From Bacteroidota bacterium (GTDB lineage: Bacteria; Bacteroidota; Ignavibacteria; UBA10030; SZUA-254): a stretch of DNA of 64,000 bases. The position numbers and the translations under genes are program-made. The notes beneath the pieces were generated by a model that saw only the letters and a program-made list of their open reading frames with translations, did not search any database and was not told the DNA's origin. Shown here piece by piece: positions 51,887 through 60,845 of the stretch. Position 1 is the stretch's first letter. The number at the start of each line of letters is the position of its first letter. Location: positions 73,725 to 137,724 of the forward strand of contig JAWOKN010000096.1 of the NCBI GenBank assembly GCA_033854175.1, read 5' to 3'.

Positions 51887-52492
51887 TTATTTCCTAAACT
51901 TTGCCTTTACAAGTTCGTCAATCAATTCCTGGCGGTTAGCGCGGGAGATTTGCCTCCCGAATATCGCTAGACCGGGGACGGTTCGCGCATAATGTCGGAG
52001 GGCGTGAACGGTCAAATCTTCAAGTTGTTGACGGTAAGTCTTTTCATCCTCAGCCGATGGTTCCTGAATACCCGCATTCGCTTTATCTACCGTTGGGCCG
52101 GTCGTGGTCTCGTCGGCCGCCGCAGTCTGGGTGAATGGGGGAGTTTGTAGTGATTTTTTCTGGCGGGGTGGTGCTGGTCTGGATTCTTCGGGTGATGGTA
52201 CGGGGGGCATAGGTTTCACCGGTGGATAGATAAGGATTTCCGTTTCGTCATCGGGACGGGGGATGACGTGCACAGAAACAAGTTCACCGACGCGCTGGGC
52301 TGCTGCCGCACCGGCATCGACGGCGGCACGGACCGCAGCGACATCACCGCGGAGTTTTATCGTAATAAGTCCTGCTTCTGCCCTCTCCTTGCCGATCAGC
52401 TGAACGTCCGCCGCTTTGACGGCCGCATCCGCGGCCTCAATAGCGCCGACGAGACCCCGAGTTTCAATTAATCCTAAGGCGTAGTCGAGCAT
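51887..52492 (-). CDS. BMC-H domain shell protein with a Pro-rich linker and a Rho_N/HeH-like C-terminal extension
   Basis: Residues 1-85 match PF00936 (LGLIETRGLVGAIEAADAAVKAA...[22 protein letters not shown]). Residues 86-150 are P/T/A/E-rich. Residues 152-197 read LEDLTVHALRHYARTVPGLAIFGRQISRANRQELIDELVK. Confidence 0.85.
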   Translation of the reverse strand: MLDYALGLIETRGLVGAIEAADAAVKAADVQLIGKERAEAGLITIKLRGDVAAVRAAVDAGAAAAQRVGELVSVHVIPRPDDETEILIYPPVKPMPPVPSPEESRPAPPRQKKSLQTPPFTQTAAADETTTGPTVDKANAGIQEPSAEDEKTYRQQLEDLTVHALRHYARTVPGLAIFGRQISRANRQELIDELVKAKFRK

Positions 52493-52520
52493 ACCATACG
52501 AGCAGTTTTAAATTTTCGTG

Positions 52521-52552
52521 ATGAAGGGGAGCAGATGCTGTCTCCCCTTCAT
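52521..52552 (-). promoter_or_regulatory. Intercistronic stem-loop between the two BMC genes
   Basis: A perfect 10-bp stem, ATGAAGGGGA (52521-52530) with TCCCCTTCAT (52543-52552), and a 12-nt loop. No T-run follows on the transcribed strand. Confidence 0.5.
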
Positions 52553-52578
52553 ACGGTTACACATCAAGAGATGAAATG

Positions 52579-52875
52579 CTATTTCGTTTGTGGGCGCTTG
52601 GGGAGAATCATTTCAACATCCATGTGGGGACGCGGGATGACATGGACCGATACAAGTTCACCGACGCGCTGTGCTGCCGCTGCCCCGGCATCGGTTGCTG
52701 CCTTGACAGCTCCGACATCGCCGCGCACCATGACCGTGACATATCCACCCCCGATAACTTCTTTCCCAATGAGGGTGACCTTTGCGGCTTTCACCATTGC
52801 GTCTGCAGCCTCTATCGAACCTACCAGCCCTTTGGTTTCTACCATGCCAAGCGCATCGAGTGATATATCTGACAT
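52579..52875 (-). CDS. BMC-H shell protein (PduA/EutM/CcmK-type hexamer subunit)
   Basis: 98 aa: [75 protein letters not shown]. The PF00936 pattern is canonical. Confidence 0.92.
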   Translation of the reverse strand: MSDISLDALGMVETKGLVGSIEAADAMVKAAKVTLIGKEVIGGGYVTVMVRGDVGAVKAATDAGAAAAQRVGELVSVHVIPRPHMDVEMILPKRPQTK

Positions 52876-52929
52876 GAAGATTTTCTCCTTTCAAGACTTT
52901 TGTATAGACACACCTATTTCAGCGAAGTG

Positions 52930-52958
52930 AATATAGCGAATCGGGAGCATATTGTCAA
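52930..52958 (-). promoter_or_regulatory. Near-consensus sigma70 promoter TTGACA-17-TATATT for the BMC cassette
   Basis: On the minus strand the -35 is at 52953-52958 and the -10 at 52930-52935, with a 17-nt spacer. AAGGAG (52885-52890) sits 9 nt before the ATG at 52875. Confidence 0.55.
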
Positions 52959-53058
52959 TCCATCGCAAAATAAATAAATTTAAGGGATATTTCATGCTCC
53001 CCTTTGTATTTGCTCTTTTTGCAGATTACCTCCCATATAGTTCCGTATCGCGGAAAAC

Positions 53059-54276
53059 TTAATATTCCTTCCGGTTTGCGTACATATTGAGGAGCAGTCC
53101 AGCCATAATCATATTTGTCAACATGTTTGATCCGCCGTAACTCATGAATGGAAGCGGAACCCCGATTACGGGCATGATGCCCATCGCCATCCCGGCATTG
53201 ATGATTGTATGGACCGCGAGGATTGCTACGATCCCGATGGAGACTATGCTGGCAAACCGGCTCTTAACCGTCGATGCTATCAAAACTCCCCTGACAAGGA
53301 GAGCTGTCAGAAGGGATAGAATGGCAAATGCGCCAAGAAAACCGAACTCTTCACTTGGAACGCAGTAAATAAAATCAGTCCATTGTGCGGGTAAAAAGTT
53401 CAATTGCGTTTGTGTTCCTTGGAGATACCCTTTCCCGAATAGTCCCCCTGAGCCGATGGCGATTTTCGATTGGATCACATTGTATCCTGCTCCGAGAGGA
53501 TCATAATCAGGATTAAGAAAGGTGAGGATCCGCTTCTGTTGATGAGGCGCGAGCTTCCCGAAAATAAATTGGACCGATACACCCATCAGGACGGTTGCAG
53601 AAAAAACGAGGGCGGATAATAGCCTGTTTTCTTTCAAAAAAACCAGGAGAACAACCGTTATGACAATAACGATGACAAATGCCGTGGTTCCGGAGAGCGT
53701 GGCGATGGTTGCCACACACGGTGCAATAATCATCAGAAGGATAAAATTTGAAATTCCGGCCCAGTAAACAATAATGAGAAACATACCGGCATAGACAACC
53801 GCCGTTCCCACATCCGGCTGAAGTACGATGAGGATTACCGGTAAAAGAACAATAGTTGAAGCGGTAAGAAGGTCTTTAAATCTGTTCAGGTTGACTTGCC
53901 TGTTTGAAAGAAATGACGCGAGTGCCAGGATAGTTGTAACCTTGACAATTTCCGAGGGTTGTAATCCGAAACCCCCGACACCAAACCAGCTCTTGGAACC
54001 GGCGACGACCTTTCCCGCCGCTAGTATAGCGAGAAGCACCAGCAGGGAGAATACATACAATGGATACGATACTAATTGTATCGTTCGGATGGGAATGAGC
54101 ATGATCGTAAACATCAGGAGTAAGCCCACCCCAGACCAGATGAGCTGCCGTTGGAAATAAATCGGGGCTCCGACATCATAGGTGGCACTGTAAACTGAGG
54201 CAACACCGATGACAACGAGGGAAAGAACGATTGCGATAATGCTGTAATCAATGTTAGCTTTTATCCAGCGATCCAT
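53059..54276 (-). CDS. rodA: Rod-shape-determining SEDS glycosyltransferase RodA
   Basis: It has the FtsW/RodA/SpoVE polytopic pattern, including QPSEIVK, PDVGTA and SYGGSNM, and it follows mrdA. Confidence 0.92.
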   Translation of the reverse strand: MDRWIKANIDYSIIAIVLSLVVIGVASVYSATYDVGAPIYFQRQLIWSGVGLLLMFTIMLIPIRTIQLVSYPLYVFSLLVLLAILAAGKVVAGSKSWFGVGGFGLQPSEIVKVTTILALASFLSNRQVNLNRFKDLLTASTIVLLPVILIVLQPDVGTAVVYAGMFLIIVYWAGISNFILLMIIAPCVATIATLSGTTAFVIVIVITVVLLVFLKENRLLSALVFSATVLMGVSVQFIFGKLAPHQQKRILTFLNPDYDPLGAGYNVIQSKIAIGSGGLFGKGYLQGTQTQLNFLPAQWTDFIYCVPSEEFGFLGAFAILSLLTALLVRGVLIASTVKSRFASIVSIGIVAILAVHTIINAGMAMGIMPVIGVPLPFMSYGGSNMLTNMIMAGLLLNMYANRKEY

Positions 54277-54281
54277 GCCGA

Positions 54282-56102
54282 TTACTCGTCCTCAAGCGCT
54301 TTCTCATCGTCTTTGGTCAGAACAAACATCTGTTTTTGTGAATTGCGGATTAATTCTCCATACAGGTACTGTTCAATGCACATGCTGGCGATGGGTGCCG
54401 CAACAACTCCTCCGAATCCAGAATTTTCAATGAGAACACAGATCGCGATTACCGGATGGTCTTCGGGTGCAAACCCGATAAACCACGCATGATCTTTCCC
54501 GTGGGGATTTTGTGCGGTACCTGTTTTTCCGGCAACGCGCACTCCCCGGACACGAGCTGTGAGAGCAGTGCCGCCGGGTTCATTCACGCATCGGTACATT
54601 CCTTCGTGAATAATATCCCAAACCCAGTCATCGAGGTGTATGGTCTTCGTTTCGGTCGAGATCTCCTGGATCTGACCTGTGCTTTTATCGCGGATTTTCT
54701 CCACCACATGCGGGCGGTGATAGATTCCACGGGTACCCAGGGCTGCAGCGTAACATGCCATTTGCAGGGGCGATACACCGAGTTCCCCCTGACCAATCGC
54801 GAGGCTGACGAGGTATCCCTGTGTCCACCGTCCTTTTCCGTAGATGCGATCAAAGTAATCCTGAGAGGGGAGAAGACCAGAGGTTTCCTCGAGGATATCG
54901 ATTCCCGTCGGCTGACCAAAGCCGTATTCCTCCCCGTAATGTGTCCAGAGTTCAAATCCGGTTTTTAGCATTACCTGATAGTAAAACACGTTGCAGGATC
55001 GTTGAATAGACTCAATCGGATCGGTTGAACCATGTGCTTGGTGGTCCTTAAACACTCTTGTCCCGAACCGAAACGATCCATTGCATTGGATTCTCCAGTG
55101 GGGTGATATGATCCCCTCCTGAAGGGCGGCGGATGCCAGCACCATTTTGAAGGTGGATCCGGGAGGATACCGGGTCATGGTAGCCCGGTTGAACATTGGT
55201 CGTGTGGAATCGTTGAGAAGGCTGTTCCAGACATTAACAGGGGTAACTCCTCCGAATTGTGTCAGATCGTAATCCGGTTTGCTGGCAAGCGCGAGAACGC
55301 CGCCATCATTAGGGTCAACCGCCACGATCGCTCCACGTCTACCGGTAAGGAGCGATTCCGCCAGAGCCTGTAGGTCCCCGTCAATAGCGAGAATGAGATC
55401 AGCACCTTCTTTTACCGGGATATCGTTTTTACCCTCATTGAATGCCCCGAGCGTCTGACCCTTTGCGTTGACAGTAAGAAATTCGTATCCTTTCCTCCCG
55501 CGGAGATATTTCTCATACGCAGCTTCAAGACCTGTTGCTCCGATGAGATCCCCGGGCCTGTAATCGGTTCCCATCTCCTGAAGTTGCTGGTCAGAAATTT
55601 CTTTGATATAGCCGAAGAGGTGTGTTGCTTTCGCTTTTGTCGGATAAAAACGCTTCGTCTCGATCTGATAGTCGACACCTGGAAATTTATCCCGATGTTC
55701 TTCGAGTGAGGTGAGCGTTTGAAAATCGATGTCCCGTTTGACCTTTGCCGGAGCGAAACGGTTGTATATCCTCCCCTTTCGTAGTTTATCCCAGATATAG
55801 GCTGTATCGATCTGAAGCAATTGTGCAAGCGCCGGAATCGTGCTTTCTCGGAATTCGGATGGTGTTATCGTGACAGTATAGGACGGGCGGTTGTCGACGA
55901 GCAATTTACCGTGACGGTCATAGAAATATCCGCGAATGGGATCCTGTGCGATTGGACGGATGCTGTTTTCCTCGGATTTCTTGCCATAGACATCTTGGTA
56001 GAGAATCTGCAGCTGGATAAGACGGCCGACAGCAATGATGAACAGTAAGCCCAAGACGGTCAGAAAAACGAACTTGCGCGACGATGGTTCCGGATTTTCC
56101 AT
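54282..56102 (-). CDS. mrdA: Penicillin-binding protein 2 (elongasome transpeptidase)
   Basis: STFK (PGSTFKM), SCN (QRSCNVFY) and KTGTA, with an N-terminal TM anchor. Confidence 0.92.
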   Translation of the reverse strand: MENPEPSSRKFVFLTVLGLLFIIAVGRLIQLQILYQDVYGKKSEENSIRPIAQDPIRGYFYDRHGKLLVDNRPSYTVTITPSEFRESTIPALAQLLQIDTAYIWDKLRKGRIYNRFAPAKVKRDIDFQTLTSLEEHRDKFPGVDYQIETKRFYPTKAKATHLFGYIKEISDQQLQEMGTDYRPGDLIGATGLEAAYEKYLRGRKGYEFLTVNAKGQTLGAFNEGKNDIPVKEGADLILAIDGDLQALAESLLTGRRGAIVAVDPNDGGVLALASKPDYDLTQFGGVTPVNVWNSLLNDSTRPMFNRATMTRYPPGSTFKMVLASAALQEGIISPHWRIQCNGSFRFGTRVFKDHQAHGSTDPIESIQRSCNVFYYQVMLKTGFELWTHYGEEYGFGQPTGIDILEETSGLLPSQDYFDRIYGKGRWTQGYLVSLAIGQGELGVSPLQMACYAAALGTRGIYHRPHVVEKIRDKSTGQIQEISTETKTIHLDDWVWDIIHEGMYRCVNEPGGTALTARVRGVRVAGKTGTAQNPHGKDHAWFIGFAPEDHPVIAICVLIENSGFGGVVAAPIASMCIEQYLYGELIRNSQKQMFVLTKDDEKALEDE

Positions 56103-56105
56103 TGT

Positions 56106-56594
56106 CTACTTAATCAGTCTTCGTGCAAAAAAGAAAAGCGGCAGAAGGGAGACGATCGCTGTATAACACGTTGTGGCAAGGCCGATGGCAAAAATTGCGC
56201 CCAGGAAACTCGTCTCGCTTCCGCGCGTATAGATAATAAAATACACAACATTATGGATAAATGATACTAGTAGGATAATAATTAAAAATCTATAACTGCC
56301 AAGTGTCATTGTTGTACGTTGTTCATCATAAAAATAGCCAGCAATGAATCCAGCAATCGTCTTTGTCAGTGCTGAAAGGCCGATAAAACTGCCTACGCTC
56401 AGATCGTAGAATAATCCCAGGGTGAATCCCCAGAGTGTGCCATTCATCTGGCCGCGTTTAACAGCAATATAGACAATCCAGATCGTCAGGAGGTCAGGGG
56501 TTATCCCCTCTAGGCTAAAGAACCGCATGATTTTGGTCTGAATGAGGACGAGGATGATCGAAATGAAAATATACCGGAAGTACCGCGAGATCAT
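56106..56594 (-). CDS. mreD: Rod-shape-determining protein MreD
   Basis: 162 aa, polytopic, lying between mreC and mrdA, with a 4-nt overlap with mreC. Confidence 0.8.
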   Translation of the reverse strand: MISRYFRYIFISIILVLIQTKIMRFFSLEGITPDLLTIWIVYIAVKRGQMNGTLWGFTLGLFYDLSVGSFIGLSALTKTIAGFIAGYFYDEQRTTMTLGSYRFLIIILLVSFIHNVVYFIIYTRGSETSFLGAIFAIGLATTCYTAIVSLLPLFFFARRLIK

Positions 56595-57424
56595 TTTTTA
56601 GAACCGACTTTCTTTTCAAGCGTATCACGTTCTTCATCATGCGTTGCAGTGGCGACAAATACTTGTTCGAGCGACGAGAAATCGACTGAGGGTTTGACAT
56701 CAACTTCCTGGAAAAGGCTTCCCGGCTTTTGCCAGATTTTTGTCACCACTCCGATTTTCGTATTTCTCGGGAAGACATTGCTGTAGTCAGAGGTTATCAC
56801 AACATCGCCCTCCTGCACATCCTGTGTTTTTGCGATATTCTTCATTTTTAGATTATCGCCACCTTCCCATATGATGATGCCATCTACACGGCTCCGCTGG
56901 ACTTTCGCGCTTGCACGGAAATCTTTGCTCAGCATGATCTGGCCGATTGAGTAATGTGCACTGGTGGCAATGATTTTCCCAACTAATCCGGATTCTGATA
57001 TCAGCGGCATGTCGGATTTTACACCATCCTGTTCGCCGACATTAAGGGTGACGGTATTCCGCAGGAGGAGTAGACTTTTACCCACAACATCGGCAGCCAC
57101 TAACGTGGAGGGTGAATGTTCTTTCAGTGTGAGCATCGACCGGAGTTTGGTGTTCTCGATCCGTGCTTCCCGGAGTAAATTTACTTCATTTGAGAGATTA
57201 ACATCTAGCTGTCGCAGTACAACGTTTTCTTTTTTCAGCTCGAAAATGTTCGGTACGATGGAAAGAACATCCTGTAGTGCACCAACAACGCCTATGGTGT
57301 AGGAGCGGATCGATCGAATCTGGGTGTTGTCGTTAGCACTGAGAACGAAGAGGGAAACGATAATCAGAATGGCAACAACAATGTATTCCTTAAAGAATAA
57401 AAGAATGTCGAGTAATCGCTGCAT
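56591..57424 (-). CDS. mreC: Rod-shape-determining protein MreC
   Basis: An N-terminal TM helix and coiled coil (LRQLDVNLSNEVNLLREARIENTKL), then beta-barrel domains (GLVGKII..., GDVVITS). Confidence 0.88.
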   Translation of the reverse strand: MQRLLDILLFFKEYIVVAILIIVSLFVLSANDNTQIRSIRSYTIGVVGALQDVLSIVPNIFELKKENVVLRQLDVNLSNEVNLLREARIENTKLRSMLTLKEHSPSTLVAADVVGKSLLLLRNTVTLNVGEQDGVKSDMPLISESGLVGKIIATSAHYSIGQIMLSKDFRASAKVQRSRVDGIIIWEGGDNLKMKNIAKTQDVQEGDVVITSDYSNVFPRNTKIGVVTKIWQKPGSLFQEVDVKPSVDFSSLEQVFVATATHDEERDTLEKKVGSKK

Positions 57425-57466
57425 TATTTACCAGCGGTATATGGCGAAATAAATCTTCCTCATCGT

Positions 57467-58492
57467 TTAATACCGCCTGCTCTTGATCAGGACTTTCGAG
57501 TAATGGCTAAGGTGTTCAAGAACCTTTCCGGTGCCTCGCACCACGGCGGTAAGCGGATCCTCGGCCACATGCACAGGAAGGCTTGTCTCGAGCCTGAGTC
57601 GTTCATCGAGTTGTTTCAAAAGAGCACCCCCGCCTGAAAGCATAATGCCTCTGTCAAGAATATCAGCGGAAAGCTCTGGTGGTGTGCGTTCAAGCGTCAG
57701 TTTCACTGCATCCACGATTTGCTGAATCGGCTCGCTAAGGGATTCCCTGATCTCAATCGAGCTTGCCTCAGTCGTTTTCGGTATTCCATTGACAAGGTCC
57801 CGTCCTTTAACCTGAATGGTAATCTCCTCCTTGAGTGGCATTGCCGATCCGACTTCGCACTTGATCGCCTCTGCGGTTCGCTCGCCGATAAGGATGTTGT
57901 GATTCTTTTTAAAGAACTGAATGATGGCGTTGTTCATTTCATCGCCGGCAATGCGGATGGATTCTTCGTTGACAATTCCGGAGAGTGCAATCACGGCAAT
58001 TTCCGTCGTCCCGCCGCCGATGTCCACGACCATGTTCCCAGCTGGGGCATCGACATCGAGTCCGATGCCAATTGCAGCCGCCATGGGTTCCGCTATGAGG
58101 TGGACTTCTTTAGCTCCCGCGTGCTCTGCCGCGTCGCGGACTGCACGTTTTTCGACCTCGGTAACACCGCTGGGAATACATACCACTATTCTCCGGCTGG
58201 GCATCCAGTTTGAGGAAACTTTTTTTATGAATTCCCTCAGCATGCCTTCAGCGATCTCAAAGTCAGCAATCACGCCGTCTCTCATGGGCCTGATCGTCCG
58301 GATGTCCCTGTGAGTGCGGCCGAGCATCTCACGGGCTTCATTCCCGATAGCGACGATCTTCTTTGTGTTCCGGTCGAACGCGACGATGGAAGGTTCGTCC
58401 AGGACAATGCCCTTGCCTTTCATGTGAATTAGCGTGTTGGCAGTGCCCAGATCTATTGCAAGGTCAGCAGAAAAAAGGGAAAATAAACCCAT
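57467..58492 (-). CDS. mreB: Rod-shape-determining actin homologue MreB
   Basis: DLAIDLGTANTLI, VVDIGGGTTE and MLSGGGALL. Confidence 0.97.
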   Translation of the reverse strand: MGLFSLFSADLAIDLGTANTLIHMKGKGIVLDEPSIVAFDRNTKKIVAIGNEAREMLGRTHRDIRTIRPMRDGVIADFEIAEGMLREFIKKVSSNWMPSRRIVVCIPSGVTEVEKRAVRDAAEHAGAKEVHLIAEPMAAAIGIGLDVDAPAGNMVVDIGGGTTEIAVIALSGIVNEESIRIAGDEMNNAIIQFFKKNHNILIGERTAEAIKCEVGSAMPLKEEITIQVKGRDLVNGIPKTTEASSIEIRESLSEPIQQIVDAVKLTLERTPPELSADILDRGIMLSGGGALLKQLDERLRLETSLPVHVAEDPLTAVVRGTGKVLEHLSHYSKVLIKSRRY

Positions 58493-58527
58493 GATGATCC
58501 ATTCTGATGATATATGAATATGTTGGT

Positions 58528-60081
58528 TTAATGTTTAAAATGTCGCATGCCTGTAAAGATCATGGCAATATGATGTTCATTAGCGGCATCAATCACTTCC
58601 TGATCCCGGACTGATCCGCCCGGCTGAATGACGGCGGTGGCTCCAGCGCGAACGGCCTCAAGCAGGCCGTCGGAAAAAGGGAAATAGGCATCAGAAGCCA
58701 CCGCTGTTCCCTTGATATCCAAACCCGCTTCCCGGGCCTTCATCACGGCAACCCGTGAAGAGTCGAGCCTGGACATCTGACCGGCACCGATACCGATTGT
58801 CCTGTCTGCGCGTGCGTACACGATCGCGTTCGACCGCACGTGTTTTGCCACGCGCCATCCAAATTCCATTGCCGCCCGTTCATCGTTTGTCGGTGCGCGC
58901 TGGGAAACAACCCGGAGATTTTCCTGAATGTAGAGTTGGTCATCCTGTGTCTGAAGCAAAAATCCTCCGGCGATCTGTTGTAATGCAAATCGTTGTTGCA
59001 ACCGGGTAGACTTGAGCTGTTGAATTAACCTCCGATCTTTTTTCTTCTGCAGGAGAGCCAGTGCCTCGCGTGAAAATTCAGGAGCGATGATGACCTCAGT
59101 AAAAATTCTATCGATCATCTGGGCGGTTGCAAAATCCATAGGTTTGTTCACCGCGACTATACCGCCAAATGCGGAGATTCTATCGGTGGCAACCGACTTT
59201 TGGTATGCCTCCGCCAGAGTTTCCGCCGAGCCTACCCCGCAGGGATTGTTATGTTTTACGATTGCGACTGTAGGATTATCAAATTCCTCAACAACCTCTA
59301 CTGCGGATTGGAGGTCGACAATATTGTTATAGGATAGTTCCTTACCGTGGATCTTTTTAAAGTAAGCTTCAAAGTCGCCGTAGAGCGCAGCCTTTTGGTG
59401 GGGATTTTCCCCGTAACGAAGATGTTCTTTATTTTGTAATACCAGTGCCAGCGTGCCAGGAAGCTCTTCACGCGCACCTGCTGGGTCCCGTTGGGATAAA
59501 TAATTTGCGATGATCGAGTCATAACGGGCGGTGTGGAAAAAGGTGTTCCTTGCCAGCCTGTAACGGGTTTCTTCTGAAACCGAGCCGTTATTTTTCTCAA
59601 GTTCACTGAGGATGGATGAATATTCACCGGGATGGACGACAACGGTTTTATATCTATAATTCTTAGCTGCGGAGCGAAGCATCGCCGGACCACCAATATC
59701 GATTTGCTCGATTGCCTCGTCAAGTGTGATACCGGTGTTTGAGATTGCCGCTTCAAAGGGATAAAGGTTCACGACGAGAAGATCAATCGATTTGATCCTG
59801 TGCCGGTCAAGTTCGTTTTTGTGGACGATTTTGTCAGGAACACCAAGTAATCCCGCATGGATCTTAGGATGCAATGTCTTTACACGCCCCTCGAGAATTT
59901 CAGGAAACTCCGTGATTTCAGAAACTGGTGTTGCTGGTATTCCGGCTTCATGGAGGGTGATCAACGTGCCTCCGGTGGAGATTATCTCGATGTTCCATTT
60001 CAGCAGACCACGTGCAAAGTCGGTCAGGCCGGTTTTATCCGAAACGCTGAGAAGGGCACGATGAATGGCAATAAGGTTCAT
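58528..60081 (-). CDS. purH: Bifunctional AICAR transformylase / IMP cyclohydrolase
   Basis: ALLSVSDKTGL, GRVKTLHPKIH and GIGAGQMSR...IQPGGSVRD. Confidence 0.97.
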   Translation of the reverse strand: MNLIAIHRALLSVSDKTGLTDFARGLLKWNIEIISTGGTLITLHEAGIPATPVSEITEFPEILEGRVKTLHPKIHAGLLGVPDKIVHKNELDRHRIKSIDLLVVNLYPFEAAISNTGITLDEAIEQIDIGGPAMLRSAAKNYRYKTVVVHPGEYSSILSELEKNNGSVSEETRYRLARNTFFHTARYDSIIANYLSQRDPAGAREELPGTLALVLQNKEHLRYGENPHQKAALYGDFEAYFKKIHGKELSYNNIVDLQSAVEVVEEFDNPTVAIVKHNNPCGVGSAETLAEAYQKSVATDRISAFGGIVAVNKPMDFATAQMIDRIFTEVIIAPEFSREALALLQKKKDRRLIQQLKSTRLQQRFALQQIAGGFLLQTQDDQLYIQENLRVVSQRAPTNDERAAMEFGWRVAKHVRSNAIVYARADRTIGIGAGQMSRLDSSRVAVMKAREAGLDIKGTAVASDAYFPFSDGLLEAVRAGATAVIQPGGSVRDQEVIDAANEHHIAMIFTGMRHFKH

Positions 60082-60704
60082 CAGGAAATTGACACCCGGT
60101 CGTGGTCATCAATCCTGATATTTCCTTCAGCGAAGAGGCGTATTGCCTCGGGGTATATCTGATGTTCGATTTCAAGAACTTTTGCGGCGAGGGACTCGGG
60201 CGTATCATCTTCCGCGACGTCGACATGTTTTTGTAGGATTATCGGACCCCGGTCATATTCTTCGTCGACGAGATGGACGGTTGCGCCGGATTGTTTTTGC
60301 TTTGCAGCAAGAACCGCCTCATGTACACGCAGGCCATACATCCCTTGTCCCCCGAAACCGGGTAAAAGGGCAGGATGGATGTTCAATATCCTGTGTTTGT
60401 ACGCTCTGACGATGACGGGATCGATTTTTTTCATATAGCCTGCGAGAACGATGAAATTAACATTATGGTCGGATAGCACTTTCTGGATCGCTGCAGCATA
60501 TGATTCATCTGTCTCATAATTTTTTCTGCTCATGTGAAGAGCCGGAACTCCGTATTCCCGGCCGACAGCCAGTGCGCCTGAATCTGAATTGTTGCTTATG
60601 ACGAGGACGATCCGTGCGTTGTGAATATGTCCACATCCGATTGCGTCGAGAATCGCCTTCAAGTTCGAACCTTTTCCTGAAGCAAATGCAGCGATGTTCA
60701 GCAT
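60081..60704 (-). CDS. purN: Phosphoribosylglycinamide formyltransferase
   Basis: FASGKGSNL, NIHPALLP and VHLVDEEYDRGPII. The Met at 60704 is preferred over the listed 60737. The stop overlaps the purH ATG (TGATG). Confidence 0.9.
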   Translation of the reverse strand: MLNIAAFASGKGSNLKAILDAIGCGHIHNARIVLVISNNSDSGALAVGREYGVPALHMSRKNYETDESYAAAIQKVLSDHNVNFIVLAGYMKKIDPVIVRAYKHRILNIHPALLPGFGGQGMYGLRVHEAVLAAKQKQSGATVHLVDEEYDRGPIILQKHVDVAEDDTPESLAAKVLEIEHQIYPEAIRLFAEGNIRIDDHDRVSIS

Positions 60705-60845
60705 ACAAAAAAATTTCTCGGTCGCGCAAAAATTCATCCAAATTTAGTGATATTCCTTTGAATAGTCAATAAAAGTGGAATCTCTATCACAAATGAAAAA
60801 GAATTAATCTTGAGAGGGATTGACCCTCGGCGGGTTTTCTACAGG

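Noticed and set aside
52535-52930. 131-aa and 95-aa plus-strand ORFs, plus a 78-aa minus-strand ORF, over the BMC-H gene
   Set aside because: These are Ala/Pro/Arg-rich alternative-frame shadows of the GC-rich, Ala-rich BMC coding sequence.
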